Below, in pieces: positions 10,495-19,960 of a stretch of DNA of 64,000 nucleotides. A program made the position numbers and the translations under genes. Where the stretch lies: assembly GCA_934149515.1 (NCBI GenBank), contig CAKPFD010000003.1, positions 8,228 through 72,227 of the forward strand. Direction: 5' to 3'. The DNA comes from an uncultured Bacilli bacterium (GTDB lineage: Bacteria; Bacillota_I; Bacilli_A; RF39; UBA660). The notes below the pieces were generated by a model. That model did not search any database. It saw only the letters and a program-made list of their open reading frames with translations, and was not told the origin of the DNA. Numbering within the stretch: the stretch's first letter is position 1; the number at the start of each line of letters is the position of its first letter.

Positions 10495-10742
10495 TAATGA
10501 TAAAAATAAAGGTTGATGGTAAAATTTTAGTAGTTTTATAAGACTGTATTATGGTTGTTAATAATTAAAAAACGTATTGTTTTGTTACTATAATGCAATT
10601 GGAAAATTATTGATTGCTAATTCTTTCTTAACTTTTAATTAGTATTCTATTTAATTTGTACTAGCTTTCGTGTAGCAAATACGTTATAATGATACTAGAT
10701 AGAAAATTGTGCTTAAAACGTATTAAAAGGAGATTGTTAGGT

Positions 10743-11858
10743 ATGAAACGAAAAATTAAAAATTTACTTTTTCTTATAGGATTGTTTTTCTTAGGATTCA
10801 TGCCGAACAATGTGGAAGCATTACAATGTAAATATGATGTACATATGTATAATCAGGATGATGGTTTTTCTAATATAGTTATTTTCAAAATTAATACTAA
10901 TGCTTCGACGGTTGAATTACCTGAAATAGATAGAAAACAATTAAATGGTTATGGCTATTTTTGGTCGTTGCAGGATAGTTATGCTGATTTTTATTTGAAA
11001 CAAGCAAAAAAAAATGGTAAGTTTCATTGCCCTAATATTGTGCTTCAAAATGTACCACCAAATCTAGCATTCGTAAAAGAGGATGATTCTATTAATGCAG
11101 CTGGATATTTCGTTGTTTCACCAGAAACAATTATTGAAGATGCTGATACTGAAAACGAAATAGAAAAAGTTTCTGATTCTTGTTCTGCACCTGTTGTGGT
11201 AGTAGATGCTGATGGGGTAGATACTATAGATGAATCTTATACTGTTTCCTTTAAAATTAGTACTGGACGTACAAAACAATGGTCTATTGATGATAGTATT
11301 GAGTATACAATTGCTGGGTATTCCAAGGGTGATTGGCAACTACCATATGATGATAAAAAAACTTTTTATTTAACTAAAGAGCTTTTGAATTCAGTGTATA
11401 AAAATAGTAGTTTGGATGTAAGTTGTCCTGAAAAAGTATATGCCTGTAAAACAGGTGGGGATTCGATAAGCCCGACAGCACGCTATGAACTTTATTTGTC
11501 GCCTAGTTGTAGTGAAGCAAAAAAAGATTATTTGAATAACGTTAGCTTGGATGGGATGAATCAATCTATTAGTTGTAGCGGATTGTTTGCCGATCAGAAT
11601 GAAGGATCTGTTTATTGGTTATTGCAAAAGATATTAAATTATATGAAGTTGTTAGGGCCAATTTTAGTTGTACTTTTGAGTTCTGTTGATTTTATTAAGG
11701 CGGTAATGTCATCTGATGAAAATGCAATGAAAGTAGCACAAAAAAAATTAATGGTGCGTTTAGTAGCAGCAATTGCCTTGTTTTTGCTACCTTCCCTTAT
11801 TCAATTAATTATAAGTCTTTTAGGTGGAATAATTGATTCAAATTGTTTATTACAGTAA
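10743..11858 (+). CDS. Secreted Cys-containing ectodomain fused to a C-terminal VirB2-like two-TM domain
   Basis: Start refined to 10743 (RBS AAAAGGAG, signal peptide MKRKIKNLLFLIGLFFLGF). C-terminal ~75 aa align with the 7569-7925 protein (shared core motif KAVxSSDE...KxAQxxLMxR). Confidence 0.5.
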   Translation: MKRKIKNLLFLIGLFFLGFMPNNVEALQCKYDVHMYNQDDGFSNIVIFKINTNASTVELPEIDRKQLNGYGYFWSLQDSYADFYLKQAKKNGKFHCPNIVLQNVPPNLAFVKEDDSINAAGYFVVSPETIIEDADTENEIEKVSDSCSAPVVVVDADGVDTIDESYTVSFKISTGRTKQWSIDDSIEYTIAGYSKGDWQLPYDDKKTFYLTKELLNSVYKNSSLDVSCPEKVYACKTGGDSISPTARYELYLSPSCSEAKKDYLNNVSLDGMNQSISCSGLFADQNEGSVYWLLQKILNYMKLLGPILVVLLSSVDFIKAVMSSDENAMKVAQKKLMVRLVAAIALFLLPSLIQLIISLLGGIIDSNCLLQ

Positions 11859-11968
11859 GAGCGTAAAGCTCTTTTTTCTTTCTATAAAATATTTGAAATT
11901 AAGTTAATTCTATGATACTATTAAAGTGATATATTTATCCTATAGTTTTTGATAGGAGGAGTGATGGT

Positions 11969-14155
11969 ATGGGATCTACTACAAAAGCCGCTTGGTATTG
12001 GGATATTATTAGAGAGCTGTTAGCTCACATTGATAATGTTGGTTATGCTATTTTGGGTACAGTTTATAAAATTTTTTATGCTATAGCAACAGCTACAATC
12101 ATTTCTGGTGATGTGATTCGTAATTTTTATAGTCGTATACAGTTAATTCTTGGCATTTTGATGATGTTCAAGCTTGCTATGTCTATTTTAAATATTATTA
12201 TTAATCCAGATTTAGTAACTGATTCAAAACAAGGTGGTACAAAAATTATTACTCGAGTAGTAACTGCCTTATTTATGCTTTTGCTTGTTATACCGATTAA
12301 TCTTCCTCTTGAAGAAGCTGATAGAACGAATAGTGGAAAGGCCTTGTCATTAAATTCCTATATTTATGATCATGGTATTTTGTTTGGCTTTTTATATAAA
12401 TTTCAAGATAGTATGATGCGTGAAAATATTATGGGACGTTTAATTTTAGGAACAACTGGTGGTGGAACCAGTTCTAGTGAAAATAATGATAGTAATGATT
12501 TAGATCGTGATTTTAATGACATTGATGCCAATAATTTGAGTGAAGTTGGTCGTAATATAGCTGCACAGGTTGCTAAAACTTTTATTCGTCCTAATGTTAA
12601 AAATGAATCTGAACCGTATTGTTATACAGATGCCAGTCAGGTAAGTGCTGATTCTGATTTTAATTCTTCTTATGATCCGGATACTAATCCGTGTCCTAAT
12701 GTGAGATGTCCAGCAGAAGTTTATCGTTCTGGCTATACGGATGAAGCTCTTGCTGCCTCTAGTGTTGTTAGAGTTATCAATACAAAATGTAAAGATTCTG
12801 AGTTAAATAAAAAGGTATATGCATTTAATTATATGCCACTTGTTGGTTTGCTTTCTAGTGCTTTTATGTCTGTTATTATAATAGGATTTACAGTTGATAT
12901 TGCAGTTCGTGCAATAAAACTTGCTGTATTGAGATTGATTGCTCCAATTCCAATATTGAGTTATGTTGATCCTAAGAGTCAAAAGGATGGTGCTTTTGGC
13001 AATTGGACGAAATCATTAATTAGCACTTATATTGATTTGTTCATACGACTTGCTATTATTTATTTTGGTGCTTTTTTGATTCAATCTTTATTTAGCTCTG
13101 GAACATTTGCAGGTATTAATTCAGGAAATGCTTTTATTGATATGTTATCTACTGTTGTTATTATTATTGGTATTTTAATTTTTATGAAACAAGCTCCTGC
13201 CTTTTTAAAAAGTGCTCTAGGAATTAAGGGCGAACCAATGAGTAATATTGGACTTGCTGGCTTATTTGGTGGTGCTGCTATGGCTATTGGTGGCGGAGGT
13301 GCTGCTGGCTTTGCACTTGGTATGATGCAGGGAGTGAGTGGAGCTGAAGAAGCAATAAAACAAGGAAAGGGTTTTTCTCCATTTGCTTCGTGGAAGACAA
13401 ATCGTGATCAGATGGCTAAAATTAGAACCGGTGACAAAGATGCGCGTGGTGGTGTAATGGGTGGTATGATGGATCGTGCATTATATCGTACACGTGAAAG
13501 ACGTTTGGGTAAAATGGGATTGACATATGAAGCTATGGAAACTGCTAAAGCGAGAGCTCATGCTCAACAGGAAGCTGTTCAAAGAGCACAACTTAATCGT
13601 GATCTTGCTTATGAGCAATTAAAAAATGCAAAAATTTTCTCTAATCCAAAATCATTACCACCAATTGGAGAAGCACCAAATAAGGATGATTTTATGAAAA
13701 CAGTTCAAGTACCTACCGGAATTGCGAATATAGATCCTTACAATCCAAAGAAGCAACACTTTAAAGAAGAACAGGTTTTGGATGATGATGCTTATAATGC
13801 AGCAATGAAAGAATACAATCAACGAGTATCAGAACGACAAAATCAACAGTCTTTATGGGATACATATATTAGAGCAGAGCAAAAATTATCAACTGCACAA
13901 GAATTGTCTACTAAACTTGATAAGAATTACAAAAGTATTAGTGAGGTTAGAGGTACTTATGGTACTAATTCAACTACTGGTGGAGAATTTGGTGGAGATA
14001 CAAGCCGAGTTCGTAGACGTGAAGGAGATAAGAGAACACAATTTGATGTAAATTCTAATGGAGAAGTTTCTCGTCTTGATGATGTTGGTGTTGATGCTAT
14101 TATATCTGAAACTGGTAGTAGCCCTCGTTCTGGTGGCCGTGGCCATAGGCCATAA
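11969..14155 (+). CDS. VirB6/TrbL-like polytopic T4SS channel protein (PrgH/TcpH/ConG-like)
   Basis: 728 aa with many TM helices in two clusters, a Gly-rich loop and a hydrophilic C-terminal tail. Located just upstream of the VirB3/VirB4 genes. Confidence 0.55.
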   Translation: MGSTTKAAWYWDIIRELLAHIDNVGYAILGTVYKIFYAIATATIISGDVIRNFYSRIQLILGILMMFKLAMSILNIIINPDLVTDSKQGGTKIITRVVTALFMLLLVIPINLPLEEADRTNSGKALSLNSYIYDHGILFGFLYKFQDSMMRENIMGRLILGTTGGGTSSSENNDSNDLDRDFNDIDANNLSEVGRNIAAQVAKTFIRPNVKNESEPYCYTDASQVSADSDFNSSYDPDTNPCPNVRCPAEVYRSGYTDEALAASSVVRVINTKCKDSELNKKVYAFNYMPLVGLLSSAFMSVIIIGFTVDIAVRAIKLAVLRLIAPIPILSYVDPKSQKDGAFGNWTKSLISTYIDLFIRLAIIYFGAFLIQSLFSSGTFAGINSGNAFIDMLSTVVIIIGILIFMKQAPAFLKSALGIKGEPMSNIGLAGLFGGAAMAIGGGGAAGFALGMMQGVSGAEEAIKQGKGFSPFASWKTNRDQMAKIRTGDKDARGGVMGGMMDRALYRTRERRLGKMGLTYEAMETAKARAHAQQEAVQRAQLNRDLAYEQLKNAKIFSNPKSLPPIGEAPNKDDFMKTVQVPTGIANIDPYNPKKQHFKEEQVLDDDAYNAAMKEYNQRVSERQNQQSLWDTYIRAEQKLSTAQELSTKLDKNYKSISEVRGTYGTNSTTGGEFGGDTSRVRRREGDKRTQFDVNSNGEVSRLDDVGVDAIISETGSSPRSGGRGHRP

Positions 14156-14175
14156 TGAAAAGGAGTGTGATATAA

Positions 14176-14496
14176 GTGAACTATTTAATTCCGGCAAATA
14201 CAAAAAGAGGGACATTAATTTTTGGTATATTTCGACCGGCTGATGCTATTATCTTTGGTGTTGGTGTATTAGTAACAATTGTTTTGTTAGCCATTATGCC
14301 GGTTGGAACTACTTTGCAATTACTTTTAGTGCTTTTACCAGCAGCAATTTGTACTTTTTTAGTTATTCCTGTTCCTAATTATCATAATATGTTAACAATT
14401 ATTATTGAGTTATATACATTTCTTACTACACGTCAGAAATATATTTGGAAAGGTTGGTGTGTGAAGGATGTCGAAGACGTCAAGAAAGATCGGTAG
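14176..14496 (+). CDS. PrgI/VirB3-like small membrane protein
   Basis: 106 aa, N-terminus NTKRGTLIFGIFRPADAIIFGVGV matches the PrgI-family pattern (K-R-G-LTxRQ-like, two TMs). Directly precedes VirB4. Confidence 0.55.
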   Translation: MNYLIPANTKRGTLIFGIFRPADAIIFGVGVLVTIVLLAIMPVGTTLQLLLVLLPAAICTFLVIPVPNYHNMLTIIIELYTFLTTRQKYIWKGWCVKDVEDVKKDR

Positions 14497-15025
14497 TCCT
14501 TATACCGAAGATTGGTTACCAGTTGAATCTATTCAAAATGGTATGATTGTTTGCTCTAACAAACAAAAAGTTACTGGAGTAAAAATTGCTCCTAGAAATA
14601 TCTTTATCTTAGATGCTCAAGCACAAGATAATGTATTAATCAGTTTAAAAAACTTTTATAATATGATTGATTTTGAATTCTGGTTAGTTGTAGCAGATCG
14701 CCCAGTTGATATATCAATTTATATGTCACAATTACAACTTTTGTATAATGATACAACTTCTCCAGCAATTCGTAAAATCATTATGCAAGATATTGATAAG
14801 GGTAATACCTTTGTTAACAATAATATTGTTGATACGGAATATTATATTTTATTTAAAGATAGAGATGTTAATAAATTACAGAAACAAATTCGTTTATTAA
14901 TCAACGGCTTGGCAGGATGTGGATTGAATGCTAGCCAGGTTAGTAATGATGATTTGCGAATTATTTTAGAGAACTTCTTAAATGGAGGAAAATCAACAGA
15001 GTTTGGGACGGTGATGCCGGTATGA
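14468..15025 (+). CDS. VirB4 N-terminal domain encoded as a separate ORF
   Basis: 185 aa resembling the N-terminal region of Gram-positive VirB4 (PrgJ/TcpF/ConE). Its stop overlaps the next start as ATGA (15022-15025). Confidence 0.55.
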   Translation: MSKTSRKIGSPYTEDWLPVESIQNGMIVCSNKQKVTGVKIAPRNIFILDAQAQDNVLISLKNFYNMIDFEFWLVVADRPVDISIYMSQLQLLYNDTTSPAIRKIIMQDIDKGNTFVNNNIVDTEYYILFKDRDVNKLQKQIRLLINGLAGCGLNASQVSNDDLRIILENFLNGGKSTEFGTVMPV

Positions 15026-16812
15026 GTATAAGTTTAAAAAGTCAAATTGCTCCAAAAGGTTTGCAATTTAATGCAAGCGATTTCTTTATTAGTGATAAGT
15101 ATGCCACAATTTTAACGGTGGTATCTTATCCTAAATATATTAATCCTGGTTATTTATCTATGCTGACTTCTATGAGTGGTATTAAAATTGTTATTAAGCA
15201 TATACCAGTTCCTTTTTCTACTATGTCTAAAATGATTAACCGTCAAATTGCAGATTTAAGAGAAAAGTATCGTCAAGAAAAGGATCAAACAGCTAAAGAA
15301 AAAATACGACAAGATGCAGAAAGTTTGGAATATTTTGTATCTATGCTTGCTTCTAGCCAAGCACGTATCTTTGATTTCCAAATGCACATTATGATTAATG
15401 CTGATACTAGAGAAGAATTAGAATTAAAGAAAGTCAATGTTAAGAATTATTTGGATGCCATGGAATTAAGAGCAATTTCTTTACGTTTTGAGCAAGAAAA
15501 AGTTTTAAAAAGTATTTTACCAGTTTTCCCAAGTCAAGATGTTGAAGAAAGAATTGGTACGCCGATTCCATCTCCTACGATAGCAGCAATGTATCCATTT
15601 ATTTTTGATAGTATTAAAGATCCTGGCTTATCTGTATTGCTTGGTGTTGATTTCTCTGGTGGTGTTATTTTATTCAATCAATTCTTATATCAAATTCGAA
15701 AAGAGAGTAATCGGAATAATGCTAATATGATTATGCTTGGTACTTCTGGTAGTGGTAAAAGTACAGCTGCTAAGTTGATTTTACGTAGTCATATACGAAA
15801 TGGTTGCCAGATTGTTGCTATCGATCCTGAAAATGAATTAGAAGAAATCACACGTACTTTTGGTGGTGATACTATTGATATTGGTAAAGGTGGAGAATTT
15901 GGTTTAATTAATCCATTAGAAGTTATTATCGATGCTGATGAAGAAGAGATTGCTCAAGGTTTAGGATATACAGTTTTAACTAGAACATTACAATCTTTAA
16001 AAGCATTTATGCGTTATTATGATCCTTCTATTGAAGAAGATGTTTTAACGATGTTTAGTGAAGTTGTCCAAGATACTTACAAACGTTTTGGAATTGATTT
16101 TAATACAGATTTTTCTAAATTTACTTCTCAAGATTATCCAACTTTTACCGATGTTTATGCTACTATCAAAGGACGTTTGATGTCAATGACAGAGCAGACA
16201 CATGAACGTGATATTATGCAGCGTTTGGAACTTAAAATTAGACCATTGACGAAAGAGTTAAAATTTTATTTTGATGGTAAGACGACGGTTAGTGCTAATA
16301 GTGATTTTATGGTATTTAATATTAAGGAATTGATGAATTCAGATACAAATGTCCGTAATGCTTTATTCTTTAATGTTTTAAAATATGCTTGGGGCTTATG
16401 TTTGGATGTCAATGTTAATACTATTTTAATGGTTGACGAAGCCCATGTTTTACTTGGTTCTAATAACGTTTTGGGAGCTGATTTCTTAGCACAAGTTCAA
16501 AGACGTGCTCGTAAATATAATACTGGTACAATTATTATTACTCAACAACCAAGTGATTTTTCTGATCCTGCTGTTATTACACAAGGGAAAGCTATTTTTG
16601 ATAACTCAGCTTATTATTTAGTGATGGGTCTTAAGAAACAAGCAGTAGATGATTTATCAAGATTGATTGATTTAAATGATAATGAAAAAGATAGTATTAA
16701 ACGTTATTCGCAAGGAGAAGCATTGTTTGTTTGTGGTAATCGACGAATGCGTATTAATGTTGTAGTGACAAATGAAGAGTTAGAATCCTTTGGCTCTGGT
16801 GGTGGATTTTAA
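15022..16812 (+). CDS. VirB4-family T4SS ATPase (C-terminal ATPase portion)
   Basis: Walker A GTSGSGKST, Walker B ILMVDEAHVLL, and the IIITQQPSDF motif. Confidence 0.85.
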   Translation: MSISLKSQIAPKGLQFNASDFFISDKYATILTVVSYPKYINPGYLSMLTSMSGIKIVIKHIPVPFSTMSKMINRQIADLREKYRQEKDQTAKEKIRQDAESLEYFVSMLASSQARIFDFQMHIMINADTREELELKKVNVKNYLDAMELRAISLRFEQEKVLKSILPVFPSQDVEERIGTPIPSPTIAAMYPFIFDSIKDPGLSVLLGVDFSGGVILFNQFLYQIRKESNRNNANMIMLGTSGSGKSTAAKLILRSHIRNGCQIVAIDPENELEEITRTFGGDTIDIGKGGEFGLINPLEVIIDADEEEIAQGLGYTVLTRTLQSLKAFMRYYDPSIEEDVLTMFSEVVQDTYKRFGIDFNTDFSKFTSQDYPTFTDVYATIKGRLMSMTEQTHERDIMQRLELKIRPLTKELKFYFDGKTTVSANSDFMVFNIKELMNSDTNVRNALFFNVLKYAWGLCLDVNVNTILMVDEAHVLLGSNNVLGADFLAQVQRRARKYNTGTIIITQQPSDFSDPAVITQGKAIFDNSAYYLVMGLKKQAVDDLSRLIDLNDNEKDSIKRYSQGEALFVCGNRRMRINVVVTNEELESFGSGGGF

Positions 16813-16836
16813 AAAATAGTAGGGTGGTGAGTTACG

Positions 16837-19149
16837 ATGGAAAACCTCCAAAATCAAAATCAAAAAGAAAATAAACAACAAAAAAAACCTCAAAATGGAG
16901 AAAAACGTGAGGTTTTTCCGCATGTTCTTAATGCCTTAAAAGGGAGTGGTAATACTTCTAATAAGCGTCAGAAACATTCTACTTTTGGAGCACTTGATCC
17001 TAAGCAGGCAATAGCAAGGCGAGCAAATCAAGCAAGAAATGGAAATAATATTATTGCAAATGCTTTAGGGCGTGCTTTGCAAAATCGCCGAAATCAGGTG
17101 TTGGAAAATAAAAGAAATAGAGAGAAAACAGATCCGGATAATAAAAAAACAAAAGAAGAAAAAGAAGAAGAGAAAGTCAAAAAAGAAAATGGCGAATCTG
17201 ATAATAAAGAAGATAAAGATAATAAAAAAGAAGGCGAAGGAAAAAAGAAACGAAGCAAACCAAATCTGCTGAATCGTGATGATGAAGAAGAGGATGATGA
17301 AGAATCTAGTGGATTTTCTTTCTTTAAGCGTAAAAAATATAAAAATCCAGTTACAGCAGCAATAAAAGGATTTATTAGAACACAAGTTATTCCGCTTTTC
17401 TTGGGGGTACTTGTTTCTATATTGTTTTTAATTCTTTTGATATTAATTCCAGTTGTTGCAATTTCAAGTGTTGTTAATGCCTTTTCTTTTGATAAGGAAG
17501 TATCTGATGCTAAAGCAGATAGTGATATTTCTGATACTGATCCTAGCGATAGTGAAGAAAGTGATGATGTAGATGATACGAATAAAGAGTTAATTTCTTT
17601 AATTGATTCAAAATATAGTAGTGAAGATAAAACACAATTAGGTAGAATTGTTCATGCTGTGGAATTTGTTTTGCTTTCTTATCAAGGTGATAAAGTATAT
17701 GAGGATTTAACTGAGGATGAGTTGGATGAAGTTGCAAGTATTGTTGTTGCTTCTAAAGATGGTAGTGGAACTTATAACTTAGAAACCCTAAAAACAAAAT
17801 TAGCACAAGAATTTTTTCCATCAAAATTACCAAATTATACTACTGATGATTATGAAGAAATGGCTCAAGGAGTACTTGATTATTTAGATGAATACCAAGA
17901 GATTATTGGTGAAGATACAACTAGTGATGATACTACCAGTAGTGGTGGCATGTGTACATATAATTTGACACGTGTACACTATGAAGGAAATAAAATGATT
18001 ACTGCAAATATTAATCCAAGTAATATTAAAGTTCGTTTGATGCAATCGACTACTTGTGGTGGATCGTATCGACAACCTTTAGCAGGAGAAGAATTAGTTG
18101 ATTTTGAAAAATATATTTTAGGTGTTGCTTATGCTGAAATGGGTGATGGACATGAAGAGGCTGCTTTTAAGGCACAATTGATAGTTGCTAGAAACTTTGC
18201 CTTCATTGATTCTTTAGCAAAAGAAAGAAATTCTCTAAAACAGGAAAATGGTCAGTGGATTATGGAAATTACGAACTGTAATGCTGATCAATATTATTGT
18301 GATCCTGATAAAGGATGTTATCTTGAAGATGAAAATAGAAAAGATACTCATTTTCTTACTGGTACTCTAGCTGGACATAAGACATTCCATTCGGCTCTTC
18401 CCCAAAATGCTTCTGAAAGAAAATGGGCAAATGAAGTGGTTGGTAAAGTTTATGTTGATAGTGAAAATCAATTAGTATGGACGAATTTTGCTGATACAGA
18501 AACTAAAAAAATGTCTTCTTTAGCAAATCAAGGATTAGATTACACTAGTATTTTGTTACAAATGTATCCTTCTGGAACCAAGATAATCAATTCTACTTGT
18601 ACTGCCTCAGCTGATTATATGAATTGGAAACAAAAAGATCCTGCCTGGAGTAATGTTATTTTAGGTGGTGGAACAAATAGTGCAAATTCTATTGGTAATA
18701 TTGGCTGCTTAGTTACTAGTATTGCGATGTTGATTGAAAAAAGTGGGGTACTTAATATGTCTCCGTTACCAACAATGGTATCTGCTGCCACATTTAATCC
18801 GGGAACATTTGCTCAAGCACTTAATACTATCAATACATTTACTAGTGAGGGTAAATTGTCTAATTATTCTAAAGTTACACAAGTTGTACCAAAATTTGTG
18901 CATCAATCTATTATTTATTTAAATGGATTGAGTCAGACTGATAAATTAAATAAGATTTCTTCTACACTTGATCAGGGATTATATTGTACAGCACAAGTTG
19001 GTGGTCGAAGTGGTCCACACTTTGTTGCTATTGATACTGTGGAAGGTAATACAATAAAAATATTTGATCCTGATAGTAATGCAACTGATATGTGGCAAGC
19101 TTATGATTATGAAGAAACAGATAAAATAGTATGTTTTAAGGTGGAATAA
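16837..19149 (+). CDS. T4SS-associated cell-wall hydrolase: K/E-rich tail + TM + SpoIID/LytB-like domain + C-terminal papain-like (CHAP/C39-like) domain
   Basis: SpoIID-like motif EKYILGVAYAEMGDGHEEAAFKAQLIVARNFAF. Candidate catalytic Cys in GNIGCLVTSIAML. One TM after the charged N-terminus. Confidence 0.6.
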   Translation: MENLQNQNQKENKQQKKPQNGEKREVFPHVLNALKGSGNTSNKRQKHSTFGALDPKQAIARRANQARNGNNIIANALGRALQNRRNQVLENKRNREKTDPDNKKTKEEKEEEKVKKENGESDNKEDKDNKKEGEGKKKRSKPNLLNRDDEEEDDEESSGFSFFKRKKYKNPVTAAIKGFIRTQVIPLFLGVLVSILFLILLILIPVVAISSVVNAFSFDKEVSDAKADSDISDTDPSDSEESDDVDDTNKELISLIDSKYSSEDKTQLGRIVHAVEFVLLSYQGDKVYEDLTEDELDEVASIVVASKDGSGTYNLETLKTKLAQEFFPSKLPNYTTDDYEEMAQGVLDYLDEYQEIIGEDTTSDDTTSSGGMCTYNLTRVHYEGNKMITANINPSNIKVRLMQSTTCGGSYRQPLAGEELVDFEKYILGVAYAEMGDGHEEAAFKAQLIVARNFAFIDSLAKERNSLKQENGQWIMEITNCNADQYYCDPDKGCYLEDENRKDTHFLTGTLAGHKTFHSALPQNASERKWANEVVGKVYVDSENQLVWTNFADTETKKMSSLANQGLDYTSILLQMYPSGTKIINSTCTASADYMNWKQKDPAWSNVILGGGTNSANSIGNIGCLVTSIAMLIEKSGVLNMSPLPTMVSAATFNPGTFAQALNTINTFTSEGKLSNYSKVTQVVPKFVHQSIIYLNGLSQTDKLNKISSTLDQGLYCTAQVGGRSGPHFVAIDTVEGNTIKIFDPDSNATDMWQAYDYEETDKIVCFKVE

Positions 19150-19150
19150 A

Positions 19151-19942
19151 ATGAAAAAAAAGAAAAAAAGTTATTATATTGTTTTTATCCTTCTCTTTCT
19201 TTACTTGCTTTTTATGTTTTATTTCTTTGTGATTCCATCTTCTCATAAGTCTTCAAGAAAGATGTATATCATGGTAGATAATACTGCAAAGTGGAAATTT
19301 GAAGGTAAAAAATGGGAAGATATTAAAAGTGATGAGAGCAATTTGTATGATTGGCAGGAGTTTTCTATTTATAAACGTGGTAGTTATTTAGGGAAATATT
19401 ACCTATTATACAATGACCAATTTTTATGGTATGATAAAAAGCGTCATCCAATTCAGAAAAATGGTAGTACAATGCTTGCAGTTCGTTCTAATCAAGATTT
19501 TAAAGTAGCAGAATATTCAACAACTACTATTTCTTTAGAAGATATGTCTTATGTTGACGAAATTTTACAACAGTATAATATTTCTACAAGAGAAATTATA
19601 TTTCAAGAAGCGTTTTCTTATGACTTAGATAGTGATGGGAATCAAGAGAAAATTTTCACTGTTTCTAATCTATTTGAACCAAATTATGCACCAGATAAAA
19701 TATTTTCCTTTATTTTTGTAGTAAAGAATGATAGAATAACGGTAGTTTCTTCCATGGTGGATACTTTAGATAAGGAAAATGAACATTGCCGTAGTTATGT
19801 CCATTCTTTAGTAGATACCAATCAAGATGGAAATTATGAATTTATTACTGGTTGTGGTTACTATAATAGTACTAAAAATTGTGTTGAAATGTTTGAATAT
19901 CAGAAGAATCAATATAAGAAAATAAAGTCTTGTCAAGAATAA
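19151..19942 (+). CDS. N-terminally anchored protein of unknown function; positional candidate for a VirB8-like component
   Basis: One N-terminal TM plus a ~230 aa ectodomain containing DLDSDGNQE and DTNQDGNYE motifs. Confidence 0.3.
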   Translation: MKKKKKSYYIVFILLFLYLLFMFYFFVIPSSHKSSRKMYIMVDNTAKWKFEGKKWEDIKSDESNLYDWQEFSIYKRGSYLGKYYLLYNDQFLWYDKKRHPIQKNGSTMLAVRSNQDFKVAEYSTTTISLEDMSYVDEILQQYNISTREIIFQEAFSYDLDSDGNQEKIFTVSNLFEPNYAPDKIFSFIFVVKNDRITVVSSMVDTLDKENEHCRSYVHSLVDTNQDGNYEFITGCGYYNSTKNCVEMFEYQKNQYKKIKSCQE

Positions 19943-19960
19943 GAGAAAGAAGGATGAACT

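Noticed and set aside
10651-10690. Promoter TTGTAC...TATAAT upstream of the 10743 gene
   Set aside because: The -10 TATAAT (10685-10690) is convincing, but no -35 sits at 16-18 nt spacing (TTGTAC is 22 nt away). Not called.
17065-17385. Overlapping ORFs (17065-17385 minus, 17072-17272 plus) in the K/E-rich region
   Set aside because: These are low-complexity poly-K/F translations of the AAG/GAA-rich stretch within the hydrolase gene, with no RBS.
19151-19175. A8/A7 homopolymers at the start of the 19151 gene as a slippage switch
   Set aside because: A-runs of this length are expected by chance in a ~70% AT genome and here simply encode Lys-Lys-Lys.
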